Below are positions 1 through 10,672 of a stretch of 64,000 nt of DNA, piece after piece; position 1 is the stretch's first letter, and each line of letters opens with the position of its first letter. Both the position numbers and the translations under genes were made by a program. Source of the stretch: Lama guanicoe (taxonomy: Eukaryota); contig MU054026.1 of NCBI GenBank assembly GCA_013239625.1, positions 1-64,000 of the forward strand. The letters run 5' to 3'. The notes beneath the pieces are model-generated. The model did not search any database and was not told where the DNA came from. It was given only the letters and a program-made list of their open reading frames with translations.

Positions 1-249
1 TTAATTCAGAGCATCTAATCCTGGCGGATCTTTCTGATCCCCGAAGTCCCCCAGCTCCCTCTCTGGGGTAATCAGTTACACCATGCGGAACACATAATTT
101 CAGGCTTCATAACCGGCAGGGAAAGGAAGACGTGGCATCGAAATGGAGCTCAGGGTGGAACAGAGAGAAAGATCAAGGGAAGGGGAAACTTTAGGGGCTG
201 GGACTTGATAACACACAGACTGGTAAAGTCTTAATCACAGTATCAGTGA

Positions 250-410
250 GGTGCTTGGTAGATACCAGTCCTGTGCTATAAGCATCCTATGCCTCCACTC
301 ATTTGAGCCTCTGTGGAATCCTGTGAGGAACATTTCAACTCACTTTATAGAAGGGGAAGCTGAGGCACAGAGCAAGTAGGTAACTTGTTCAAGTTAGGAA
401 GATGTTGGAG
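250..410 (-). mobile_element. MIR SINE fragment
   Basis: cactttatagaaggggaagctgaggcacagagcaagtaggtaacttgttcaag resembles the reverse complement of the MIR core. Confidence 0.75.
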
Positions 411-433
411 CCATCAGACACTAAAGTCAGTAC

Positions 434-813
434 TTTTTTTTTTTACATTTTTTTAATTGAGTTATAGTCATTTTATAATGTTGTGTCAAATTCCAGCATA
501 GAGCACAATTTTTCAGTTATACATGAACATACATATATTCATTGTCACATTTTTCACTGTGAGCTACCACAAGCTCTTGTATCTATTTCCCTGTGCTGCA
601 CAGTATAATCTTGTTTATCTATGTTACATATGCCTGTCAGTATTTACAAATTTTGAACTCTCTGTCTGTCCCTTCCCACCCCCCTCCCCCTTGGCAACCA
701 CAAGTTTGTATTTTATGTCTTGAGTCTATTTCTGTTTTGTATTTATGCTTTGTTTGCTTTGTTTTGTTTTGTTAGATTCCACATATGAGCGATCTCATAT
801 GGTATTTTTTTTT
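434..813 (-). mobile_element. 5'-truncated young L1 3' end, copy 1
   Basis: Poly-T followed by L1 3'UTR motifs (cccttggcaaccacaagtttgt, ttagattccacatatgag); flanked by the exact 22-bp direct repeat catcagacactaaagtcagtac at 412-433 and 815-836. Confidence 0.9.
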
Positions 814-836
814 ACATCAGACACTAAAGTCAGTAC

Positions 837-1153
837 TTTTTTTTTTACATTTTTTTAATTGAGTTATAGTCATTTTATAATGTTGTGTCAAATTCCAATG
901 TAGAGCACAATTTTTCAGTTATACATGAACATACATATAATCATTGTCACATTTTTTTCTCTGGGAGCTACCACAAGCTCTTGTATCTATTTCTCTGTGC
1001 TGTACAGTATAATCTTGTTTATCTATGTTACATATGCCTGCCAGTATTTACAAATTTTGAACTCCCTGTCTGTCCCTTCCCACCCCCCTCCCCCTTGGCA
1101 ACCACAAGTTTGTATTCTATGTCTATGAGTCTGTTTCTGTTTTGTACTTATGT
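837..1153 (-). mobile_element. 5'-truncated young L1 3' end, copy 2
   Basis: About 95% identical to 434-750 by manual comparison; poly-T at the left end. Confidence 0.9.
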
Positions 1154-1454
1154 TTCTGATTGTCAGAAGCTCCAAATCCACAATCTCTCTCTCCAAGAAA
1201 ACAGGAAGGTATGTTTTGGACACTGAAAGTTGTCCTTTGCCTCAGGAGGGATGCAGCAAAAATCACGTGGGGAGTTTTTTCAAGACACAGCCTCCCATGC
1301 TCCATCGCAGGCCTGACAAGATGAGCCTGGGCTGTGACATTGGTTTCTAGATGTTGCCAATGGCTATTGCTCTATGAAAGCAGAACAACAGTGGAAGATG
1401 TGTCACAGTAGCCTGAAGAACCATGAGATAGGAAATTAGAGCTTTTACTCACGG

Positions 1455-1722
1455 GAATGCTACCAAAGGGGACAAGGAAAGGAGCAGTGGACAAATTAAG
1501 TGTATGGGATTAACAGATACAAACTACTATATGTAAAATAGATAAGCAACAAGGATTTGCCATATAGCCAGGGAATTGTATCCAATGTATTGTAATGAAC
1601 TGTAATGGAATATAATCTGAAAAAAAAAAAAACCCAGAAGCAAAAAACTGAATCACTATGCTGTATACCTGAAACTCATACAATATTGTAAATCAACTAT
1701 ATTCAGTGAAAACAATAATAAT
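1455..1722 (+). mobile_element. L1 3' end (artiodactyl-type)
   Basis: gggattaacagatacaaactactatat...aaaatagataagcaacaagg...gctgtatacctgaaact...attgtaaatcaactata followed by an A-rich tail. Confidence 0.85.
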
Positions 1723-2584
1723 GCAACAGTCTCCTTCCATAGCCTGTAGCTTTCAGAATTCAGGAAAGGAGCGAAAATCTTTGAGGAAATAGATGTGTTT
1801 GGGGCTTTCCCATCCTCTAAACACTTGCATAATCGTGAGGGACATGGCACTTTTAAAAGGAGGTGGCATTCACTCATCCAGAGAGTGAGCAGTTGAGTAG
1901 AAAAGTGCTAATTCAGAGGTCTGGTGCTCTGGCGACGTTTAAATTCACAGTGGGGAAGGCGGCCAGTGGTGCGGGCTTCTCTCTCGAGGCCCTGGAAGAA
2001 AACTGGGGAACAGGAAGCTCTTGCAGGTTTTGAACTCTAGTATACAACCATTCTATTTGCTGTTGACAAAGTGCAAACTAATTGTAATCTGGTGACCTCA
2101 AAGGGGACTCTCGGCTGATTAAACACTGGAGTTGAGAACCATGTGCCTACTGTTTTCCCTGTTCTTTCCAAACCATAAAACTTAATGAAGGAAATTCAAG
2201 TCTTCACAGAGGATTAAAGTAATAAAAGAAAAAAAAAAACCTCTCCCCCGACCAAAAAAGAAAAAACAAACCTTAACACTATAGAAGAAAAGCTCACATG
2301 GTCTCATCTGGACCCTAAAGTTGACTGCAGCCAGTGTTGCCAAGGCCCCAGCTGTCTTTTAATCTCTCATTGACAAGGCCAAGCTTCCCTGCAGCCTGGG
2401 GCTTGGAGCTTGTTATCCCCATCTTCGTGGCCTCTTTTTCAAAAATTGCAGGGCTGATAAAAATTCAACGTGGGTCTGCAGGGAAAGAGGAATGGACACT
2501 GAGGCCCCAGAGTGGCGGGGAGGAGGGGCACACAATCCCCAGGGAGGCAGGAGAGGGTGCTTGTTCAGTAGCTGGTGGTGGAAA

Positions 2585-2745
2585 ATAATGAAAGGAAAAG
2601 GGTGATGAGCTGGAGGAGAAAGAAGTAAAGAAAGGAAGAGAGAAAGGGAGAGCCGGAGGGAGGAAGAAAGGGGAGGAAGGAAGTAGCAAGAGGAGGGAAA
2701 GGAATTGGAAAGAAGGAAGGGAGGGAGGGTGAGAGGAAGGGAAGG
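2585..2745. repeat. GA-rich low-complexity (polypurine) tract
   Basis: Nearly pure purine run built from ggaa/ggga units. Confidence 0.85.
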
Positions 2746-3929
2746 ATATTTATACAAATGGGTCAAAGTTCTATTTCGGTTTTTTGAGCTGCCCTTCTCA
2801 AAAGGCAAAAGTATAAAGCAACATCATGAGGCAATCCTTTCTCGCATTTCCCTATAATGTTTAGGAAGGAAACTGGGGGCTTTCAGTCACCCTTGGAGTA
2901 AAGTACACATCTCTATAAGGTTTATGAGATGCCCCCACATCCCCATATACCTGCAAAATGTGCCCCTAGCCAATCTCCTTGGACTAACACTAGACCTTTG
3001 TCACAAACCTCCCCCATGTGAAACCACAACCTTCTGAAATTCCTTTAGTTTTTCAGATGAAATCTGCCCATTCTCACCTCTCTGCTTCATTCAGGATGTT
3101 CCCTCTGCCTAGAACCCACCCTTCTCCCTCTCTGATGTGACTGACTAGAACTCAGCCCTGAGACGTGGGTCGCTTCTGAATGAGTGAAGAGGAAATGTGG
3201 GGGCAGGATAATCAGGCTCTTTCCTAAAAATGTCTACAACTTCCATCTCTACCCTTGGATGTAGAGAGCATGACTTGGGAGCCAGAGAAATAAGAGAAAG
3301 GCCAGGGCATTGTGAGGGAAAGACTTCGGCAGGATATTTCTGGGGCCATCTGTGAAATCCCATTCTAACAAACGCAGGGCCAGAAGCAGAGAACACGATG
3401 ACAGTGCACCACCATCACTGTCCCAAAGCCTACGCACCTCCAGCATTGCCCCACTGATCAGAGATGCACCTGTGTGAGGGTGGAGGAAGGTGGCCATCAA
3501 CATCGATTTTTTTGCTTGGCCAGACTTTCTGCAAGACGATCCCTATCGACTGTTGACTGCTTATCAGCTGCCCTTTGCATTTTCCCAAGACAGTGAGTCT
3601 GGGATATTCTCCTGATCAGGTGGCCCTTGTGAGTCATCCTTCGGCGGTTGCGTGGTGAGTTCTGACTGGGCTTCTTGGAGGCTGTAGATGTCCCGTGCAC
3701 CCCTGAACACCTGGCAGCATCTACAGGAGGCAGCAGTAAAAGAGTCATGGGGCGTTAGGAAAAGTGGTTTATTATCCAACAACAAAATTCTCCTCTGGGA
3801 GAATGATTCTTTTGTCAGCAAGACCTTGATGGCTAAGAGTAGAAACCATAATATTTGAGATAAAGTCTAAAACTGAGGCTTATTTTTGCACTAAAAATAA
3901 TTGCTGTTTTTGGTAATAACACTACCTTT

Positions 3930-4085
3930 CCAAAATAATCCAAAAGTAAGGGATGGGTGTGTGTGAAGATGAAACAGATCGGCCATGTGTTAACAATTGT
4001 TGGAACTGAATGATGGATACATGGGGTCCATTATCCTATTCTCACTACTTTTGTATATGTTTGAAATTTTCTGTAATGAAAGACT
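3930..4085 (+). mobile_element. Ancient L1M 3' terminus
   Basis: tgatggatacatggggtccattatcctattctcactacttttgtatatgtttgaaattttc is a typical old L1M end. Confidence 0.75.
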
Positions 4086-4409
4086 GAAATCTATATCATA
4101 GTTTATGTAAATGATCAAGTGAAATGGCGGAAAGGCATTCCTGTATTTAAAAGGCATAAGTGTTATTAAGTGGGAGCAGTACAGTATATTGGTGTTATTT
4201 TAAAAAATTGTTTAATGTCTGGTTATAGTTATTATGGCAGTTGAACAGAAAAAAAATATATATAAAAGCCTAATCATTGAGGTAGATCCTAGTCATTGTC
4301 GCCATTTAACAGACAAAAACAAAGATCAAAGGAATCGGCAACAGATACGTCATGAGGAGCGAGGACCAGATGATGGTCCTTGATGACAGAGGACTTTGAT
4401 GATGAAGGT

Positions 4410-4855
4410 GATGATGGTAACCAGCCCTTGCTGAGTGGTTATTAGGGGCCAAATGCGATGCTGGATTTCATATATGCATTAATTCACTTTATGTTGACAA
4501 TAACCTTATAATATAGGTACTGAGGCTTGGAGAGGACAGGTGCCTTTCCCAGATCTTTCAGACACTAAGTGGCTGGAGCAGGATTCAAATTCAGACACAA
4601 ACAAGTGCTCTAAGCCCCTAAGTCACGCACATGGTAATAATCCTACCCAGCACGGATCGGGCACTTAGGTACCGTGCCCTGGGCTAAATCATTTATACAG
4701 AGTATTTCATTTGATGCAGTAAACAACATGATACCTTAGCTCCTATTAATTGTCCTCCTTCTGCAGATTTGAAAAGATGAAGGCTCAAAGACCTAAAAGA
4801 GTTGCTAAAGTCACAGGGTTAGTGAGCGGCAGAAAGAATCCTCTCAGCCACTGCG
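4410..4855 (-). mobile_element. Two adjacent MIR fragments
   Basis: actgaggcttggagagg...ggagcaggattcaaattcag and cttctgcagat...aggctcaaag...gtcacagggttagtgagcggcag. Confidence 0.65.
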
Positions 4856-5231
4856 CTTGGGAGCTCCTGGTACGCCCTTAGAAAAGCCAACACAATCATA
4901 GGAAGAACACCCAGAATGCAAGCTTTTTGCTCAAGGGTTTCAGGCTGTTCATGCTCATTCCAAGTTGTCCTGGTAAATGGAAGCCGTACTGTTTAATCTC
5001 CTGGGTAGGTAGACTAATATCAAGCCATGTTTATTCTTCTCATCTGGAAAGTTCCTTCTACCTGCTACCAAGATGCAAATTTGAAAACCAAATCCCAGAA
5101 CAAGAAAATAAATCAGACACCTCACAGCGATCCCTTGCAGCTGAATTTTGCTAGAAGCTTGCGTTTTAAGTATAAATCCAGCATTTATATCAATACTTTC
5201 AGTCCCCTAAGATGGTGACTGTAACAATGAC

Positions 5232-5799
5232 TTAATGGCTTCAAACACTTTTTGCTTGTTTTAGCAGTGGAACTTTTTGCTCAAATACAGTCTTTTATTG
5301 AAACTGAAAACTGAAAATGAATAAAGTAGTGTATTAGTGTTATTTTGTTTTATAATTATAAATGTATAACATTTTCTTAAGAGTCAGTTAATGAAAACTA
5401 CTCTAATGCCACAAAAATATGAAATATGATTGCAGTCTTACATTAGCCTCGCCTAATTTTTTTGTATTTGTTTCAAATGCATTGAATCAAAGAAACCCTG
5501 TTTCATATAGATAAAATATAATGGGTTTTAATAATTTACCTTGTAACCCCAAGACATGATTTTTAATTAAAAAGAGATGATGGAAAGAATTTATTTCAAG
5601 ATCTACACGAAAATAAGTTAATCTGGTAGCTAAAAATAATAAATGCACTAATACATAAAGTGCAATATATTTGGGCATGTGAGTTTACATTTATTTTATT
5701 GCAAGTTTTAAAAAGCAGTTAAGATAGATTTAATATATATTTTAATTAAACATTTAGAGACTTTCTTCAGCTTTTAAGAAATTTAGTTAGGAAACCACT
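5232..5799. mobile_element. Possible degraded hAT-Charlie-type DNA transposon
   Basis: Very AT-rich block bounded by degenerate TIR-like ends (aatggcttcaaac ... gttaggaaaccact) resembling cagtggttcccaaac. Confidence 0.4.
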
Positions 5800-5859
5800 T
5801 ATGTAATTGCATCCAGAGAATAGTGTCTGCTTCAGTCCCAGAGTGAATCTGAGAAAACA

Positions 5860-6080
5860 ATGGTCACAATAAATATTTACATGGTACTCACTCCATGCCA
5901 TGCACTGTTATAAGTTTTTCACGTATGGTAATTTAAGTGTCATGAATTTTCTAGGAAGTAGATAATATTATCCCCTTTTACTGAAGCTTCTTATATGGGG
6001 AGCAACTTCCCACAGCTTGCACAACTAGGAAGCAGCAGGACGGGATTAGAACCAGGTAGCCTGGCTTCTGGCTCACTCGG
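5860..6080 (-). mobile_element. MIR
   Basis: gtagataatattatcccctttta...gcaacttcccacagcttgcacaactaggaag...gggattagaaccaggtag. Confidence 0.7.
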
Positions 6081-6539
6081 GTTGCAATGCCCTTGAACTT
6101 GAGGAGAAGGGGAGTAATCGAGAATACCATGCAGAGCAGCAGAGACAAGCCACAGACTTTCCAATCTGAAGCCAGTCTCCTTAACCATCTCATCTCAAGG
6201 GCTCTGGATAATCCCACCAAAATTTTCACCAAAGTCTGCTCCAAAACCAAACAGCCAGAAGCAGCATCTTAGCCAGGCTCTCCCCAGCCCTCGTTACATC
6301 CAGATGCTCTGTCCTGAGTCTGATGAAAAGAGTGCCAGTAGGAAATGCATGGATCAGAGGGTTTCTAAAATTGCATGTGCCACTCAGCCTACCCCTCTGA
6401 TCCAAGGAGATTTATCAAACATACTCCCACCCCCACCTCCAGGGCCGAGCCCACTGCTTCTCTGCCTGACTAGATCAAACAGCACCTGAAGCCAATGTGC
6501 CTTTTTTCTATCACGCTGTGTAAACTCTTCAGGACCGCT

Positions 6540-7510
6540 CTACCAAGACCGCTTCTAATGCTTCTGGAAACTAAGGACATTAACACATTAACCTCCTTAG
6601 GTTACACCCAATCCTCAGAGTCAGGAGGGGAGACGTCTGAGGAGTGAATTCTACTCTGGTTAATGACTGCTCCTCATTGTCAGAATGGGTTACAACACCC
6701 AGGTGCACAGTCCTTTTACTTTCCCATTATTGTCACCTACCCTTTCCTGGTCACTGCCCCTCATTAAAGAGTGACCTTAGTACTGGGCAATGGTCTTCCT
6801 CTCTGTCCCAAGTCCTGCAGTATTCTCTACAGCGGCAATGTCCTCGTGTAAGACCATCCAACTCTGGCTCTCAGATCCTTGATCTCCGGTGCCCTTTCCC
6901 CTTACTCCACACACTCTCATGGTCTGTCCATGGACCTGGCCATTAGCAAAAGTTGCAACAGCCTTCAAAATCACGAACTGGAATGTCCCACCCTCTAGCT
7001 CCAGCCTCCTGTCCAACTGGCTCATTTGCCAGTGTTCCTCAACAACAATCAGTCTGCTTTCTTCAGCTGTCTTGGTGTTCCTTCTAACCATCACCCTCAC
7101 CTGTCTCAACTTTGCTCCTAAACTTTTACAGATTCCATGGTTCCTCATCCTGCTTACCTCCTTGCAAACATCCTCAGCTCTATGACTCCTTTTTTCCTCT
7201 CCTTCACACTTTCCTGTCAGTACTCCAACCCTGGAAGAACCCCGTCATCTTCCTGATCTCCTCTTCATCATGAGTTACTCTCATAGATTATGGGCTCTCG
7301 TAACCTGGAGGACACATCATTATGAGTTCACGATATCCAGTGTCAAACAGACATCCAGCCTCACCTGACAATCTCACTGAATTTCCCTGCAAGGCTCACT
7401 TTTTCATTCTCATCAAAGACTACTTCATACTTCATTTTCTTTCTCCTCCCCTCACTGCTTTCAGCTGATAATTGGATTCTATACTCTATAGAGAAAATCA
7501 GGAATCACCA
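6540..7510 (+). mobile_element. L2 LINE internal fragment (decayed ORF2 endonuclease region)
   Basis: C/T-rich; decayed codons match L2 endonuclease motifs (PGH.PS at cctggtcactgcccctca; N.LASQ.LDL at aactctggctctcagatccttgatctc; THSHG..DL.I at acactctcatggtctgtccatggacctggccatt). Confidence 0.7.
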
Positions 7511-7544
7511 GTTTGTTCCATTTCCAAATCTGTTTTATTGTTCT

Positions 7545-7720
7545 TCACTCTCTAAGGACACCTGTGATGGCATTTAGGGCCCATCCGGATAATCCAAGGA
7601 ATATTGTCATCTCAAGATCCTTAACTTAATTACATCTTTGGTCATATGTGGTACTGTCCACAGATTCTGGACATTAGAACAGGACACATCTTTTTGGAGG
7701 TCACCGTTCAGCCCACTAGA
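7545..7720 (-). mobile_element. MLT1 (MaLR) LTR fragment
   Basis: gggcccatccggataatcca...tctcaagatccttaacttaattacatct...ttcagcccacta matches the reverse complement of the MLT1 LTR start. Confidence 0.85.
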
Positions 7721-9599
7721 AGGGGAAGTCCTTCTGCCTTACAAAGGACTGGCTTTCAGTGAGGCACTACACTACTTTCCCTAAGCTGTCCACATTGCTG
7801 GAAATAATTGCCCACCCTACCAAACCCAGATTCACTTTCTGAAGCTATTAGAGAAGTGGTTCTCATACTACATTGCACTTAACGTTCATCTGGGGAACTT
7901 GTTTAAAGCCTTGATGGTTGGACCTGACACCCAAAGATCCTAATTTCATAGTTATCTGGCATCAGATTTGCGCATGATAACCATACCCTGGTGATAATCT
8001 ACCTTTTGTGGACAGTGTTCAAGAGAAAAACCCGAGTCAGAATCAAACAGAGATTTCTAGACATGATGTCCAATCGTTTGCTCGAAAACCATTACTGCCT
8101 AAAGGTTCTAGCTTACTCTCCAATAAGCAAAGATTTGGGTACTGATCAGAACCCCAAAAGGCTCCCGTCTTTCAGGCACCCGCAAGACTTTGGTTCTTTG
8201 GGGACACGCTGAAGACTTGCTCAGTTTCTTCTATAAGATAGAAGGGCACAGCTTCCAATGGCCCGCAAGGATACATTTTGCGCTATTAAGTACAGGATAG
8301 TGCCTGAATCATTCAGCCAAATACATTCTCATATTTGCTTATGTAACTGGACATAGCCTCAAATGCCTTTTCAAGTGTTTGTCTTTGAGAAACTTACAGT
8401 GGTCCAATTAAGCCATGGGAAATATTATCCTAATATTTGTTTCCTGGAGTAACCACTTTTTCTTTTCCTGAAAAATGAAGTGGAGGTTTGATCTTATCTA
8501 AGGCAAAGTACTGAACGAGCATCTTTAAAATACATTGTGTACCTACTTTCAAAGAGCAAAAAAGGACACTTGGAAGTTAAAAACATAAAATAAGGTAATA
8601 AGTGTTTTGGTTTTCTTTCTAACGGCTGCAGACAAATCAGAGACGAACTAGACTGGAGAGGAGACTCTTCAAAGTTTGTTACATCTTTCCAAAGTTGTCA
8701 GAATTTGATTCAACCTGAAGATTTTATGTTCCAAATTCTTGCAATCTGTTTTTCCAGCCCTTCCAATGGTTTTGCTGCTCATAAGCCCCCAATGCAGACA
8801 ATCGTGGAGACAGTACATTGGAATAGCTATGTGTTTTCATCCCATCACAGAGCTCAGGTGACGTTACCCCTGGAGAGACCCAGGTATGTTCCGCCTACAC
8901 AATATAGCAGATCAATGCATCACATAGGCTATTTTGGAAGTATTCCATAACCCAGATTCCTGTGTGGTGATTCAGGTGCGCATCCAGCTGGGTAAGCCGT
9001 TTACTAAATGATGCTTGAAGACATCCGATGCGAACCCTCCTTGCTCCCCTGGCAAAGACGTGGAAGGGCTTTCTCCACCTCCCCTCTACCTCCCTCCAGA
9101 TCAGCCGTGCTTACACATGGCAGCATCCTGTAAACCATCTCTTTCAAACTTCTATATATTCATTTTGGCATAATTTTTCTGGATACAAACCTGGCAAGGG
9201 ACATTTACTTCGGTACCACGTCCTTCTAGGATTACATTCGTTCCTTTATTTAACAAATATTTATTGAACATCTAGCATCTGTCAGGCAGAAAATTGCATC
9301 ATGATTTACTCTTAAATTAACTGAAAGCCAAAGAGATTGTTTTGTTTCGTTTTGTTTTTTCCTGGCTGCGTATCTCGGCATTCGTATCTGTATCACGTGG
9401 ATGCAAAAGATGAATTTCAAACCCCAGTATTCACTATAAAATGTATGAATGATGCTGAGTTCATGCCACTATTCAGAAGGCTAAAAGTCAGCCTCTTAAG
9501 TGCTGGCCTTGACCATGGATATCATGAAACGTAAGTGTGTTTGTATGGCCCCTCATGGTTGAATTCACACTTCTGCATTTTGTTTTAAAAAACCAGCGT

Positions 9600-9790
9600 G
9601 GCAAATACTGCTTGCATTAGTAGCACTATTTTAACAAGACCACAAATGTTGGTTAAATATTTAAATGTCACCACAGAGGTATAGATGGCCATTTTTTGTT
9701 GATTAACTGCAAATCTCTCTTTCTCTCTCTCTCTCTGCCCTCTCCGCGCCGCGCTCCCCCCATTCACCATTTGTTTAGTATTTTCCCACA
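9600..9790. promoter_or_regulatory. Candidate conserved non-coding element
   Basis: Repeat-free, motif-dense AT-rich block (two ACCACA RUNX-type cores, tgattaa) next to a small CpG cluster; function inferred only. Confidence 0.3.
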
Positions 9791-10529
9791 GATCACCAGA
9801 GAACGGATATGTGCCGTCAAGATAGCTGGGGCCTTCAGTGGCTGAGCAAGGCAGTTTGTGTGATGCCTGTGATTCCATTTGTCACAGGAGCCTTTATGAG
9901 GGAACAGAAGATATAACTTCGCCTCATTTTTCATTTCCTGTTATCTCTCAGATTTCAGCCTTCAGCTGCTCAGTTTTTCTGTACTTTAGCTGGAGCCGAC
10001 GTTATCAGAGCACCACCTGCTACCACCATGGAGTTGAGGTCCTGTCAGCTAGTTCCAGGAGGGGACAGCCTCCTTCCAGAGCAGCTGAGAAACTACACCC
10101 CTCTCCCTCCTGCAACCACCATCACCAGCCCGGGGCCAGAGCAAACCAGGTCCACTGTGAGGTCCACACATGCAGAGCAAAGCAGACACTTGACAATTAA
10201 CTAAATAATCCCAAAGGAGGAACACCCTTGGAGTCATAAAGCCCTTTTAATTCTATGGGGTGCTTTCCCACCTGCATTTTGCTGGATCTTCAGAGCAGCC
10301 TGTAAGACCACACATTGGCACAATGATGCCTGTTTGCTCCCATGTGGAGAGCATGCTTTCTGTAGCCCCTGCCACTCGAAGTGGCCAGGCTGTGGGGTGT
10401 AACTCCGGATAAGCAATGGAGTCAGTGAGTCAGTGGGGAGAACTCATGCCAAAGATGCGGTGAGGAAAGGTGGATGTTCACTGTGAAGCAGCAAGAAGAG
10501 GACAGGGATGGCTGCAATTTAGCTACATA

Positions 10530-10672
10530 GGAATTCAATATCTTGCAGTAACCTATAATGAAAAAGAAAATAGAAACAAATAAATGTGTATTTATGCATG
10601 ACTGAAACATAATGCTGCACATGGGAAATTGGCACAACATTGTAAACTGACTATACTTCAATTAAAAAAAAA
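10530..10672 (+). mobile_element. Short L1 3' end with imperfect TSD
   Basis: gtaacctataatgaaaaagaa...cattgtaaactgactatacttcaattaaaaaaaaa; flanks tagctacata (10520-10529) and tagctaccata (10673-10683). Confidence 0.85.

Noticed and set aside
523..1226. Duplicated small ORFs (YHKLLYLF...PPPSPLATTSLY)
   Set aside because: Antisense translations of the two L1 3'UTR copies, not paralogous genes.
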